From NCBI RefSeq assembly GCF_001194135.2, contig NC_068997.1, forward strand, positions 44,147,492 through 44,182,025: DNA of 34,534 bases, read 5' to 3'. Each line of letters starts with the position of its first letter. Position 1 is the first letter of the stretch. Of this stretch, positions 22,243 to 33,460 are shown one piece after another. A program made the translations under genes and the position numbers. The notes under the pieces were generated by a model. The model ran no database searches and was not told where the DNA came from. It saw nothing but the letters and a program-made list of their open reading frames with translations. This stretch comes from Octopus bimaculoides. Its lineage: Eukaryota.

Positions 22243-22606
22243 AAGTGGAGGAGCCAATGGCCTAGTGGTTAGGGCAGCGGACTCGCAGTCATAGAATCGC
22301 GGTTTCGATTCCCAGACCGGGCGTTGTGAGTGTTTATTGAGCGAAAACACTTAAAGCTCCACAAGGCTCCTGCTGTACTCTTTCACCACAACTTTCTCTC
22401 ACTCTTACTTCCTGTTTCTGTTGTGCCTGTAATTCAAAGGGTCAGCCTTGTCACATTCTGTGTCACGCTGAATATCCCCGAGAACTACGTTAAGGGTACG
22501 CGTGTCTGTGGAGTGCTCAGCCACTTGCACGTTAATTTCACGAGCAGGCTGTTCCGTTGATCGAATCAATTGGAACCCTCGTCGCCGTAAGCGACGGAGT
22601 GCCAGC
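22243..22606 (+). mobile_element. Family B1 SINE with 9-bp TSD
   Basis: A box TGGCCTAGTGG, B box GTTTCGATTCC. TSD AATAGCCAA at 22234-22242 and 22607-22615. Confidence 0.92.
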
Positions 22607-23228
22607 AATAGCCAACAGATCAAGCACCTGGGTAGAAGCTAACGTAGAAGTCTGTGGTTAAGCCTACTTACTGAATTACACCTATGCTCTAATGCTTGGG
22701 ACTAAACAACTTTTTCTTGTGTAGAACAGTTGGTAAATTACTCGACTTGTGATAGAAACAGTTAGATTCTAAATTTTAGCTTCGAATATAAACAGATCAA
22801 AGGTTTTGTTACAGTTTAACTGATATTAATGTTTCTACTAAAATTACATGGAAATTTATTTTGCTATTTAACTTTGCAATATTTTGTTCTTAATTTTAAT
22901 TTAACTAAGTGGAAATATAGCAGCCAAATCTCGCTCGAAGCAGACCCTGCTGCTACTAGGTTTAAAAAAAAACATCACATTGTAGTCACAAGATACATGA
23001 AAGGTGGGATGGGATGCCTACAACTGGAACACTTTTTTCACTCCAATTAACTAATAATAAAGACCATCGCTATGGCACAACAAACGGTAATTTTTTTACT
23101 GTTTCATTTGTCTCGTGAGACAAGTGTAAACATGTAACATCACTTATCTCTGTATTCGTTAATCACAGATAACGTCTCGTGTAAATAGTTACTTTGTGAT
23201 GTTTAGACATTTTTATTACTCAATATAT

Positions 23229-23620
23229 ATAACGCTAGCAGAGATACCCGGCGTTGCCAATGTTACATGCAATTGAAGAATTAGACTTTTCTGTTATATC
23301 TTCTGTAAGGAACTGGAATACCAATGATTCGAATTTCATCAAAATTGCAGATGAGGGTTCTTTCCCTCTTAAAACACCATAAAAAAATTCTAATCATGAC
23401 ACATGTATCCCATACTAATGATTTTTATGCACAGATTCCAAAATTCCAGTCTTATGGAACCTGTTAAAAGGATTTTGCTCCTGAAAAATGGAGGTCATGG
23501 AGCTCTAAAATGTGGGAGTTAAGGCCCCTATTGGGGTTGGGTGTTTTAATGTCAACCAGAGAAGTTGAATTGTTAAGAATCTTTTGAACCTGGGTCTTAT
23601 ATGTATTGTTTAAATTTCTT
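23229..23620 (+). mobile_element. Possible Helitron-like non-autonomous element
   Basis: Begins CTAGCAGAGATACCCGGCGTTGCC, resembling 5' ends of invertebrate Helitron-derived repeats; 3' end not defined. Confidence 0.35.
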
Positions 23621-25119
23621 TGAAATAGGAAATATATGTATGTTCACTGGGTTTGTAAAAGAGAGGAAAGCTATAGGAAACCCAAAGACGAATGATCACA
23701 ATAAGCAGTCAGCTACCCTACCCTAGTCCCAATGTAGGATTCCTCACCATACAGGTGACAGGCACAGCTGTAAGATGCATTACGGATCTATAGCAACTGG
23801 AAGGGCATGGCCCAATTGAAATAAGAACGTGTGACGTTTGGAGTAAAGGGAAATGAAAGTGTCGCCTCTGGAGTTTGCAAATGACCACTATACCGATAGG
23901 TAACTGGACAGAATAAATTTACAATCTATAAATGTCTTTCAATAACCAGTCACTCATCTGGGAAGGCCTTGAAATCAATGTTACAATCGGGGGACTATGT
24001 GCGACCCAGTGATAATAAAAAGACTCAAAGGAGGCCTGCAACCAAATAACGTATAAATTCAAATGAACATATTTATTTTCTTCAATATATATTTCAGTAT
24101 AAAGAATTCATTAAGAGGCTTAAATCAAAATTTCTTTACACATCATTCAGGAATAAATATAACATCAGAAAAAATACATTCCGTTTAAAAACACAAACCG
24201 TTCATGGCGAAATGTTAAAGACTTTCTNNNNNNNNNNNNNNNNNNNNNNNNNNNNNNNNNNNNNNNNNNNNNNNNNNNNNNNNNNNNNNNNNNNNNNNNN
24301 NNNNNNNNNNNNNNNNNNNNNNNNNNNNNNNNNNNNNNNNNNNNNNNNNNNNNNNNNNNNNNNNNNNNNNNNNNNNNNNNNNNNNNNNNNNNNNNNNNNN
24401 NNNNNNNNNNNNNNNNNNNNNNNNNNNNNNNNNNNNNNNNNNNNNNNNNNNNNNNNNNNNNNNNNNNNNNNNNNNNNNNNNNNNNNNNNNNNNNNNNNNN
24501 NNNNNNNNNNNNNNNNNNNNNNNNNNNNNNNNNNNNNNNNNNNNNNNNNNNNNNNNNNNNNNNNNNNNNNNNNNNNNNNNNNNNNNNNNNNNNNNNNNNN
24601 NNNNNNNNNNNNNNNNNNNNNNNNNNNNNNNNNNNNNNNNNNNNNNNNNNNNNNNNNNNNNNNNNNNNNNNNNNNNNNNNNNNNNNNNNNNNNNNNNNNN
24701 NNNNNNNNNNNNNNNNNNNNNNNNNNNNNNNNNNNNNNNNNNNNNNNNNNNNNNNNNNNNNNNNNNNNNNNNNNNNNNNNNNNNNNNNNNNNNNNNNNNN
24801 NNNNNNNNNNNNNNNNNNNNNNNNNNNNNNNNNNNNNNNNNNNNNNNNNNNNNNNNNNNNNNNNNNNNNNNNNNNNNNNNNNNNNNNNNNNNNNNNTATA
24901 TATATATATATATATATATAATTAGAGAGAGAGAGAGAGAGAGAGATAATAAGAAAATGAGATGACAAAGGAATAAATGATTATCTTATGAACTTCATTA
25001 GGTTACAGTTGTTTCTGCTACAAGATTGCAGTGGAGTCATAGTTAAGTACCTGAGTAACACCTTATAGCTTCATCGGAACCTCGAATATGAAGAGCAATT
25101 TATTTAGAGGCTATATATT

Positions 25120-25205
25120 GGGCTGAGGTAAAGAATACGCACACCACTCGTTTTCGGCGTAACAAAAACCCTAACCACCGGGTGTACGTATTCTTTACTT
25201 TCGCC
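25120..25205. mobile_element. Small MITE-like inverted repeat flanked by TATA
   Basis: GTAAAGAATACGCACACC ... GGTGTACGTATTCTTTAC arms, TA-rich flanks, internal AAACCCTAACC. Confidence 0.6.
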
Positions 25206-26019
25206 TATATATTGTTGTTTCAGTTAAACACACACACACACATACAAGATAACTTGACACCTTATGGTGGTAAATTTTGGTCTTTATCACGGACCCTTGA
25301 TCAAATTTCATTCTCTCAGAAATTTTGTGGCCGAAATAAGTTGATTAAATTGGAAGGAGTTCAAACTTTATTACAGTTATATTTACATTCCATATGCAAG
25401 AGACAAGAAATGCAGGGACTATAACCAACAACATGACGGAATATCGCTTCTATCACGGTGACAAAAGAAGTTGTTACCAATCGATGAAGCGGAGAAAAAT
25501 AAAATAGAAATTTCATGCTATCTGAAGACCTTCAGCCGAATAAAAGTTATAATTATACAAACCGATCCGATATTTAGGTAATCGTACCGAAAGATCACCG
25601 GACTTTAAAACAAAGCCGGGATCGGAGCTCACTTGGGTGCTTATATATATACAAAAGAAATAAAGAGACTTCAGCAAATAAGATCTGAAGAAGGAATTGT
25701 AATTCCGAAATATCATCGGACTATAGATAACCAAGTTAGAACAGGTATATAGTCCATTTTTTGTTCTATAGTGCATTGTTATACCATTCTAAACTTTTTA
25801 TTCTTTACAAACAATACACAATGTTCAAGCGAACTACAATACTCTCTTAAAGAAAATAAAGTGAATACGAGCGATGTACTTAAATAAATTTGGTGAAATA
25901 AACAGCTCCAGTAATCGGAAGTGAGAATGGCTGAAAGATTGCCGAAAAAATTATTATTTATGATAGTGTTTTGTGCATAGTACAATATTAAATATTAAAT
26001 AAGAACATTTTCAACTTAC

Positions 26020-26022
26020 CAT
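26020..26022 (-). CDS. DNPEP: Probable DNPEP coding exon 1 (start codon only; 5'UTR extends rightwards)
   Basis: Minus strand reads CTCAAA-ATG|GTAAGT, a good Kozak context plus a perfect donor. Phase 0 fits exon 2, which starts in phase 0 directly after an in-frame TAG/AG acceptor and so needs an upstream ATG. The surroundings are relatively CpG-rich. Confidence 0.6.
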
Positions 26023-26039
26023 TTTGAGAAAGAAACACG

Positions 26040-26320
26040 CCGGCAAAGATACAAACACACTCTGAATGTTCGACTGCAACCCGTCAAACGGAGCGCTTGC
26101 TTAATATCAACCAATGAATATTCGTCCGCCTACTCCGCCTATTCTATTATCCACATTTTCTCTTACACTTACACACTAAGTTATTTGCTGCTGAATTTGA
26201 GAATGAGGTCATATTTCATGCAGTACAGTTAGTAATATTTTCATTTTATTGGCACCCTGGTTAAATACTTCCAGAATTAGGTCAAATTTCACATGCACAT
26301 GCGCGCGCGCACACATCACC
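26040..26320 (-). promoter_or_regulatory. Probable DNPEP core promoter / 5' region
   Basis: Lies immediately upstream of the ATG exon and is CpG-enriched relative to the introns. CCAAT at 26111-26115, TCCGCC twice (26125-26130, 26134-26139), and an NRF1-like TGCACATGCGCGCGCGCA at 26294-26311. Motif matches only. Confidence 0.4.
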
Positions 26321-26472
26321 GTCATAATTTTACATTGTTTTTTCATACTGGTACGGGTTGGGCGTTTCGTTTTGGTCTTTGAATCCTTGTTCGATGTTAC
26401 TACCTATATAAGTTAGAGCGAACCCTGTCTCACGTGGTCTTCTCAGTTTTAGTATAGTTTCTCTAGCACATT

Positions 26473-27240
26473 ATCATCATCATCATTTAACGTCTGCTTA
26501 CTATGCTGGCATGGGTTGGATAGTTTGACAGGAGTTGGTCAGCTGGAGAGCTGCACCAGGCTCCAATTGCCAGTTTTGGCATGGTTTCCATGGTGAATGC
26601 CCTTTCTAACACCAACCACTTTACAGGGTGTACTATGTACTTCTTATATGGTACCAGCACTAGTGCTTTATATGTGGCACCGGTATGGGTGCTTTTGCAA
26701 AGCACTGTCGCAGGTATCTTTTGGAACTAGCATGGGTGTTTTTTTACGTGGCATTGGCATAGGTATTTTTTACCTGGCACCAGTGAGCTTGCAAGACAAG
26801 GACTCTCTCAGTTGAGAGAGGGAGTGGAAGTGAGAAATTAGAGCATGACAGAGGTGGTTCTCTTACTATTGAGGAGATACTTGGCTACCTCAGTAGGACA
26901 AGGTGGGAGAGAGTTAGAGAAAGCTATAGAGATAGTTGGTGTGTGTGTGAGAGAGCCTGCTACAGGTAAGAGTGAGGGGTTGTGTAAGTGGTCTAGAGGA
27001 AATAGAGGAGGATGTTCCATGAGAGTGTGAGGGAAGATGTTTAAAGGTAGTAGAGATAGCAAGTGATGTTGAGAGAAATTGGGGTGATTGTAGAGATAGT
27101 GAAGGTGAGAGGAATTGGAGTGGAAGGGAGAGGGTAGGTAGGTGATGGTTTGGAGAGTGTGTGGGTAGGCACTTGAGCCAAACCCTTTGCACATCTTCAA
27201 TGTTTAGTGTTCTCATCTCATTACCAGACAGCATTGTACT
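26473..27240 (-). mobile_element. Family C-related retroposon (C2) with internal ~26-bp repeats and a LINE-like upstream segment; related copy at 8959-9270
   Basis: (GAT)n tail and C-like 3' 150 nt, repeated TTTTACGTGGCACCGGCA-type units, then a strand-biased GC-richer segment with open frames (26838-27234). Confidence 0.6.
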
Positions 27241-27550
27241 TTGTACACAAACAATGAAGAGAGAATTCCCTTGTTGCCAGCACAGGAAATAATATCCTGA
27301 ACTTTTTTCACCTTATTCTGGTTTGGTCCAACAAGTTAGCATGCAACATATAGCTGACCATGAAAGAAATCAGGACTTGCCAGTTCACCTCCAGTAACCT
27401 CGAGGGACTATCTCTGAAAATTATTGATGGATTGGGGTGAGGAAGGACTGCCTTACTGAAAATTGAAGTTGTTTCAACTGAAATGGCATATCTGGTTGGA
27501 TGAGGTAATGCAGGTTTTTGTTTTTAATGTTTTAGTTATGAGGAGGGAGA

Positions 27551-27932
27551 GTGGAGGTGCAATGGCCCAGTGGTTAGGGCAGTGGACTCGCGGTCATAGG
27601 ATCGCAGTTTTGATTCCCAGACAGGACGTTGTGAGTGTTTCTTGAGCGAAAACACCTAAAGCTCCACAAGGCTCCGGCAGGGGATGGTGGCGAACCCTGC
27701 TGTACACTTCCACCACAACTTTCTCTTACTTCCTGTTTCTGTTGTGCCTGTAATTCAAAGGGTCAGCTTTGTCACACTGTGTCACGCTGAATATCCCTGA
27801 GAACTACATTAAGGGTACACGTGTCTGTGGAGTGCTCAGCCACTTGCACGTTAATTTCACGAGCAGGCTGTTCCGTTGATCGGATCAACTGGAACCCTCG
27901 ACGTCGTAAGCGATGGAGTGCCAACAACAATT
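27551..27932 (+). mobile_element. Family B1 SINE with about 10-12-bp TSD
   Basis: Colinear with other B1 copies. AGGAGGGAGAGT at 27541-27552 and 27933-27944. Confidence 0.92.
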
Positions 27933-28451
27933 AGGAGGGAGAGTAGTGTAAATAACCTTCTACAAGGGTTGGAAGAAGTTATTCTTAGACTGAAGATCTA
28001 ACCCTATTGTTTGAAACAAAGTGATTCCACTAAAGCCACCCAAGTTGCAGGTGGGGGTGTTAAACCAGGTGATAAATTAAATTGATCACCGAGGAGAGAG
28101 GAACAGTCCCTCTGTCAGATTTCCATTTAGTTTTCACCTACTGAATTTCATTTACAAGGTTTTGATCAGACTCTATGGTAGGAAACAGTCAAGGTGCCAT
28201 GCAGTGAGACTGAACTCAAGAATCACTTGGTTGCAAAGTGAACCTCTTAATTACTGAGTCATGCTTGCTCCCATAATCATGTGGACAATTCACCAGGAAA
28301 GCAATTTGGAGTGTGATTCTCCTTGCCATTTCCCACCTGAACGGTTCATCAGTTGCACATGTACATAAATGCATATTCCTAAATCACGTTTGGCTAAAAT
28401 ATTTAATTGATAAGTAAATAAATATTTACTCATCAATATTCAATAGGATAA

Positions 28452-28670
28452 AGGCAGTGAGCTGGCAGGATAGTTGTCATGCAGTCAAAATGCTTCATGG
28501 TGTTTCATCTGTCTCCATGTTCTGAGCTCAAATTCTGCTGAGGTCGACTTTACCTTTGATCCTTTTGGGGTAAATAAAATAAGTATCAGTGACTGGGGCT
28601 GATGTAATCAACTTATGCCCTCATTTGAAATTGCTGGCCTAGTGCCAAAATCTGAAATCAGTACTTAATA
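28452..28670 (+). mobile_element. Family D tRNA-derived SINE (other copies about 2665-2810 plus, 6553-6765 minus, 30262-30468 minus)
   Basis: Head GAGCTGGCAG(A/G)AT, B-box-like GTTCTGAGYTCAAATTC, and GTCGACTTTGCCTTTCATCC centre shared by four copies. Confidence 0.8.
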
Positions 28671-29137
28671 GGATATTTCATAGGATTCAATAATCAATTG
28701 GATCACAACCTGGATGAGTCCCCTCTGCCATTTTTTGTTCAGCACCACTACTACTACTACTACTACTACTTCTACTGTCTTTGCTTTTTTAAAATACTGA
28801 TTGTATCCACTCTTTCTAAACCCACTTGATACAATTCTCTTTCTTTCATGTAAGTACCTAATCTGCTAGAAATATCAACAAATCTCCCTAAAGTCATACA
28901 TTAACATATTATGAAGAAGTAAAAACTGTAGATGATGTATTCTTTAGATACACCTAAAAAATAGAAAAGTAGGTGATTGTCACATCAGGAGTGTCTTTCG
29001 TTATAGGTCTGCTCAGTCTGAGTTGACTCAGAAATAACAAAACAACAACCTTACGATTTTTCGAGTTTTCTTATCCTATTTGGATCTTTATATTCATCAC
29101 TTTAAGTCCTCAGAGTAACAACAGGGAGTGCCAAGTT

Positions 29138-29565
29138 CATCATCATCATCATCATCGTTTAACGTCCGCTTTCCATGCTAGCATGGGTTGGACGGTTTGA
29201 CTGAGGACTGGTGAAACCAGATGGCTACACCAGGCTCCAATCTGATTTGGTAGAGTTTCTACAGCTGGATGCCCTTCCTAATGCCAACCACTCAGAGAGT
29301 GTAGTGGGTGCTTTAATGTGTCACCCGCACGAAGGCCAGTCAGGTGGTACTGGCAACGGCCACGTTCAAAATGGTGTATTTTATGTGCCACCCGCACAAG
29401 AGCCAGTCCAGGAGCACTGGCAACGATCTCGCTCGAAAATCCTTACACATGTCACGGGCACAAGTGCCAAAAAGGCGACGCTGGGCACAGGTGCCATCCC
29501 GATTTCGCTTTCGCTTGCCTCAATAAGTCTTCGCAAGCTGAGTTTCGTGTCCAATGAAGGAGAAG
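29138..29565 (-). mobile_element. Family C retroposon (5'-truncated copies also at 270-340, 5525-5687, 20277-20498, all minus; 3' stub about 13510-13555 plus)
   Basis: Same 3' end in all copies with variable 5' truncation, typical of target-primed reverse transcription. Confidence 0.9.
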
Positions 29566-29689
29566 GAGGAGTTATACTAGCAAAATTGTTGGACAAACAA
29601 CACTGAAGCATTATAAACTAGAAATATGATGATAAAGTGAACACTAGCATATTTAATATAATAAACCAAGAAATTCTAAATAATGTGGT

Positions 29690-30160
29690 GAAGACATGAC
29701 TGTGTAGTTAAGAACTTTGCTTTGCAACCATGTGATTTTCTGTTCAATTCCACCATGTAGCACTTCAGGCAGGTGTCTTATACTACATCCCTGAGGTGAC
29801 CAGTGTCTTGTGAGTGAATCTGCTGAATGGAAATATTGTGGAAACCTGTTGTACATACACAGACATTCACACGTATATATATGCATATGTACACATACAC
29901 ATACAGACACTTGCATATACATATGTGTGTGTGCGTGCGCGCATGTGTGTATGTACATTTTTGTGTTTGTCCTCTCACTGTTTGACAACAAGTGTAGGTT
30001 TGGTTACATCTTGTAACTTAGTAGTTTGGCGAAAGGTGACCAATAGAATCAGTACCAGACTTCGGATAGGGACTGAGGATGATCTGTCTGATTAACTCTT
30101 CAAGGTGGTGCCCCAGCAACATTGCAATCCATTGGCTAAAACAGGTAAAAGAATGAAAGA
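29690..30160 (+). mobile_element. Degenerate family A SINE (other decayed copies at about 19280-19440 minus, 20015-20200 plus, 28100-28270 minus)
   Basis: Diverged but colinear head, CORE-like segment, internal (TG/TA)n and tail. Confidence 0.7.
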
Positions 30161-30528
30161 TATTGTAACTAAAATTATTCCTTTACAGATGAGAACACTT
30201 CATATCTAAACGAGTAATGATTCAAAAACAGGGGAGATAACTCTGAAATTTTAATCTTTTCTATTCTAGGCACAAAGCCTGAAATTCATGGGGGAGGGGA
30301 ACAGTCGATTAGATCGACCTCAGTACGCAACTGGTACTTAATTTATCGACCCCGAAAGAATGAAAGGCAAAGTCGACCTCAGGGGAATTTGAACTCAGAA
30401 CGTAAAGACAGACAGAATACCGCTAAGTATTTCGCCCGGCGTGCTAACGTTTCTGCCAGCTTGCTTTTCTGACATTTTAATATTAAGGTAGAATTCAATG
30501 AGCAGTGAGTCTGATCTTTAACAACATT

Positions 30529-31234
30529 ACAACGACTGTATCGGTTGTATCAGATCTCCTCCGTAGAGTGTATTCTATTACTACAGATCTTATATGACTC
30601 TCTCTGTCTTTGTCTGTCTCTCTCATCATTTACTTCTTTCTGTCACTGAACTGCTGGAGCACCTCTTCGATGAACTANNNNNNNNNNNNNNNNNNNNNNN
30701 NNNNNNNNNNNNNNNNNNNNNNNNNNNNNNNNNNNNNNNNNNNNNNNNNNNNNNNNNNNNNNNNNNNNNNNNNNNNNNNNNNNNNNNNNNNNNNTTGTGA
30801 GTGTTTATTGAGCGAAAACACCTAAAGTTCCACGAGGCTCCGGCAGGGGATGGTGGCGAACCCTGCTGTACTCTTCCACCACAACTTTCTCTCACTCTTA
30901 CTTTCTGTTTCTGTTGTGCCTGTAATTCAAAGGGTCAGCCTTGTCACACTGAATATCCCCGAGAACTACGTTAAGGGTACATGTGTCTGTGGAGTGCTGA
31001 GCCACTTGCACGTTAATTTCACGAGCAGGCTGTTCCGTTGATCGGATCAACTGGAACCCTCGACGTCGTAAGCGACGGAGTGCCAACAACGACTGTATCG
31101 GTTGTATCAGATCTCCTCCGTAGAGTGTATTCTATTACTACAGATCTTATATGACTCTCTCTGTCTTTGTCTGTCTCTCTCATCATTTACTTCTTTCTGT
31201 CACTGAACTGCTGGAGCACCTCTTCGATGAACTA
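30529..31234 (+). repeat. 149-bp exact duplicate (30529-30677 and 31086-31234) flanking N-gap and B1 SINE
   Basis: ACAACGACTGTATCGG...TCTTCGATGAACTA occurs twice, with no differences seen. Confidence 0.9.
30795..31090 (+). mobile_element. Family B1 SINE, 5' end lost in N-gap
   Basis: Body and tail highly similar to 27551-27932. Confidence 0.9.
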
Positions 31235-31512
31235 AGTCGAATAAATCACCCTCAAGGACTTATGTTTGCTGCTTATTCTGGTACTTTTTGGTTATCTCAC
31301 CCTATTAAAAAAATTGGATATCTCTCCCCTCACTGTTTTTATGAAAAATATCGGTACTTTTGGTTATCTCCTACACCTAAAAAAATTGTTTAAACCTCAA
31401 TAAAACACAAAAAAAAGAATATGAAAAAATCGATAAACATGAAAACTGAAAAAAATTAATCACCAGGAAAACTGAAAAAAAAAAAAAAAAATAATCATCT
31501 TATTGAGTCTTC

Positions 31513-31892
31513 ACTCTTTTACTTGTTTCAGTCATTTGACTGCGGCCATGCTGGAGCACCGCCTTTAGTCGAGCAAATCGACCCCATGACTTCTTAGTAA
31601 GTCTAGTACTTATTCTATCGGTCTCTTTTTGCCGAACCGCTAAGTTACGGGGACGTAAACACACCAGCATCGGTTGTCAAGCGATGGTGGGGGAACAAAC
31701 ACAGACACACATACATATATATATATATACGACGGGCTTCTTTCAGTTTCCGTCTACCAAATCCACTCACAAGGCATTGGTTGACCCGAGGCTATAGTAG
31801 ATGACACCTGCCCAAGGTGCCACGCAGTGGGACTGAACCCGGAACCATGTGGTTGGTAAGCAAGCTACTTACCGCACAGCCTCTCCTGTGCC
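31513..31892 (-). mobile_element. Family A SINE, full length
   Basis: Reverse complement of 8527-8921 along its whole length. Confidence 0.9.
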
Positions 31893-32049
31893 TCATAACA
31901 TTTTTAATACAAATCATACCATGCTTATCCAGGAGGCCAAAGATCTAACTTTTTATCTAATCTCGTCGCCACAAACTCAATTTTTTAGTGGAGAGGTAAC
32001 CCAATTTTGTAACGATAATTTTTTAATAGGGGTGAGGTAACCAAAAATT

Positions 32050-32715
32050 ACTCTTATTCAATTGGTCTCTTTCGCTGAATCATTAAGTTTAGGGGACAGA
32101 AAGAAATCAACACCGGATGTCTTGCAGTGGTAGGGAACAAACAGAAAGACACGCATAGATACATATACCTTTTATTTTTAATTGTTTCAGTCATTAGACT
32201 GCGGCCATGATGGAGCACTGCCTTGAAGAATTTTTAGTTGAATATATCGACCCAGGACTTATTTTTTTCTTAAGCCTAGTACTTATTCTATCGGACTGTT
32301 AAGCCGAACCGCTAAGTTACAGGGACATAAACATACCAGCATCTGTTAAGTGGTGATGGTAGGGGGGAAAACACAGACTCAAAAGACACACGCATAGATA
32401 TATATACGTATATAATGCGGGTTTCTTTCAGTTTCCGTCTACCAAATCCACTCACAAGGCTTTGGTCGTCCCGAGGCTATAGTAGAAGACACTTGCCCAA
32501 GTTGCCACGCAGTGGGACTGAACCCCGAACCTTAAGGATGGGAAGCAAGCTTCTTACCACACAGTCATGCCTGTACCTATATATATGATGGGCTTCCACA
32601 CAGTTTCACAAGGCACTAATCGGCTCGGGACTATAGAAGACACTTGCCTAAAGTACCGCGCAATGGGATTGAACCCAAAACGACGTGGTTGCAAATCGAG
32701 AACTTCTTAACCATA
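32050..32715 (-). mobile_element. Cluster of three further family A copies (fragment 32050-32160, full older copy 32170-32578, 5' fragment 32585-32715)
   Basis: Repeated CTACCAAATCCACTCACAAGG / GAAGACACTTGCCCAAG / GCCGAACCGCTAAGTTAC motifs. Confidence 0.8.
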
Positions 32716-32964
32716 CGCACAAAATCATCATCATCATCATTTTATTTTCGCTTCCCATGCCGTAAAGGCATAGGTAGATGGTTCAACAGAATTCAGAGAG
32801 TCAAAAGATCCATTCTTGGTCCAATGTCTCAGTTTTGGCATGGTTTCAATTAAAATCACTTTACTGTGTGTATGGGTGACACCAGCACTATTGTTTATAG
32901 TGATATATTCAGGGCACGAAAAGTTTATAAGTAGACACCAGCATATTTGCTGTAGTAAACCAAA

Positions 32965-33113
32965 AAATTTGAGGTAAGTTTTCAGATTTTCACTGAGGTG
33001 TTAGAGTTAGGGTTTTATGGCTAGTTTTAGGGTTAGGGTTAGAGAATTCCGTCCCTAACCCTAAAACACCAGTGAAAATCGTGCGGGTATTAATCTGAAA
33101 ATTTACCAAATTT
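32965..33113. repeat. Foldback (long imperfect inverted repeat) containing TTAGGG/CCCTAA motifs
   Basis: Left arm AAATTTGAGGTAAGTTTTCAGATTTTCACTGAGGTGTT..TAGGG pairs with right arm CCCTAACCCTAAAACACCAGTGAAAATC...AATCTGAAAATTTACCAAATTT. Confidence 0.8.
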
Positions 33114-33460
33114 GATAAATTATAATTGAATGGGAGGGGTGCTGACATTAACGAAAAATGCTGAAAAACATCTGTCAATGTAACAATATACTGAATGACA
33201 TTTTAAAAAAATCTATTTGTTCTGCTATTAGTGATGTAAGCGGCTGTTTCTAAATGTCACGCTTATCGATCACCGAACAAAATTTTAAAATAACTTTTGG
33301 GAAATAAATAAAATAAAAAAAGAAAATATATTTCCAACAATTAAAAATAGTATTTTATCAATTAATTAACAGGAATGTCAATTAGTGTAACTAATGGAAT
33401 TTGGTGACACATTAGTTATTGTTGTAAACGACATTCTCCACTTGTGTTTATTTTATTACA

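Noticed and set aside
22243-22325. tRNA genes (A/B boxes) at SINE heads
   Set aside because: No complete cloverleaf; the heads run into SINE bodies with tails and TSDs.
33000-33065. True telomere or chromosome-fusion site
   Set aside because: Only a few TTAGGG units, embedded in the arms of a larger non-telomeric palindrome; fewer than four clean G-tracts for a canonical G-quadruplex.
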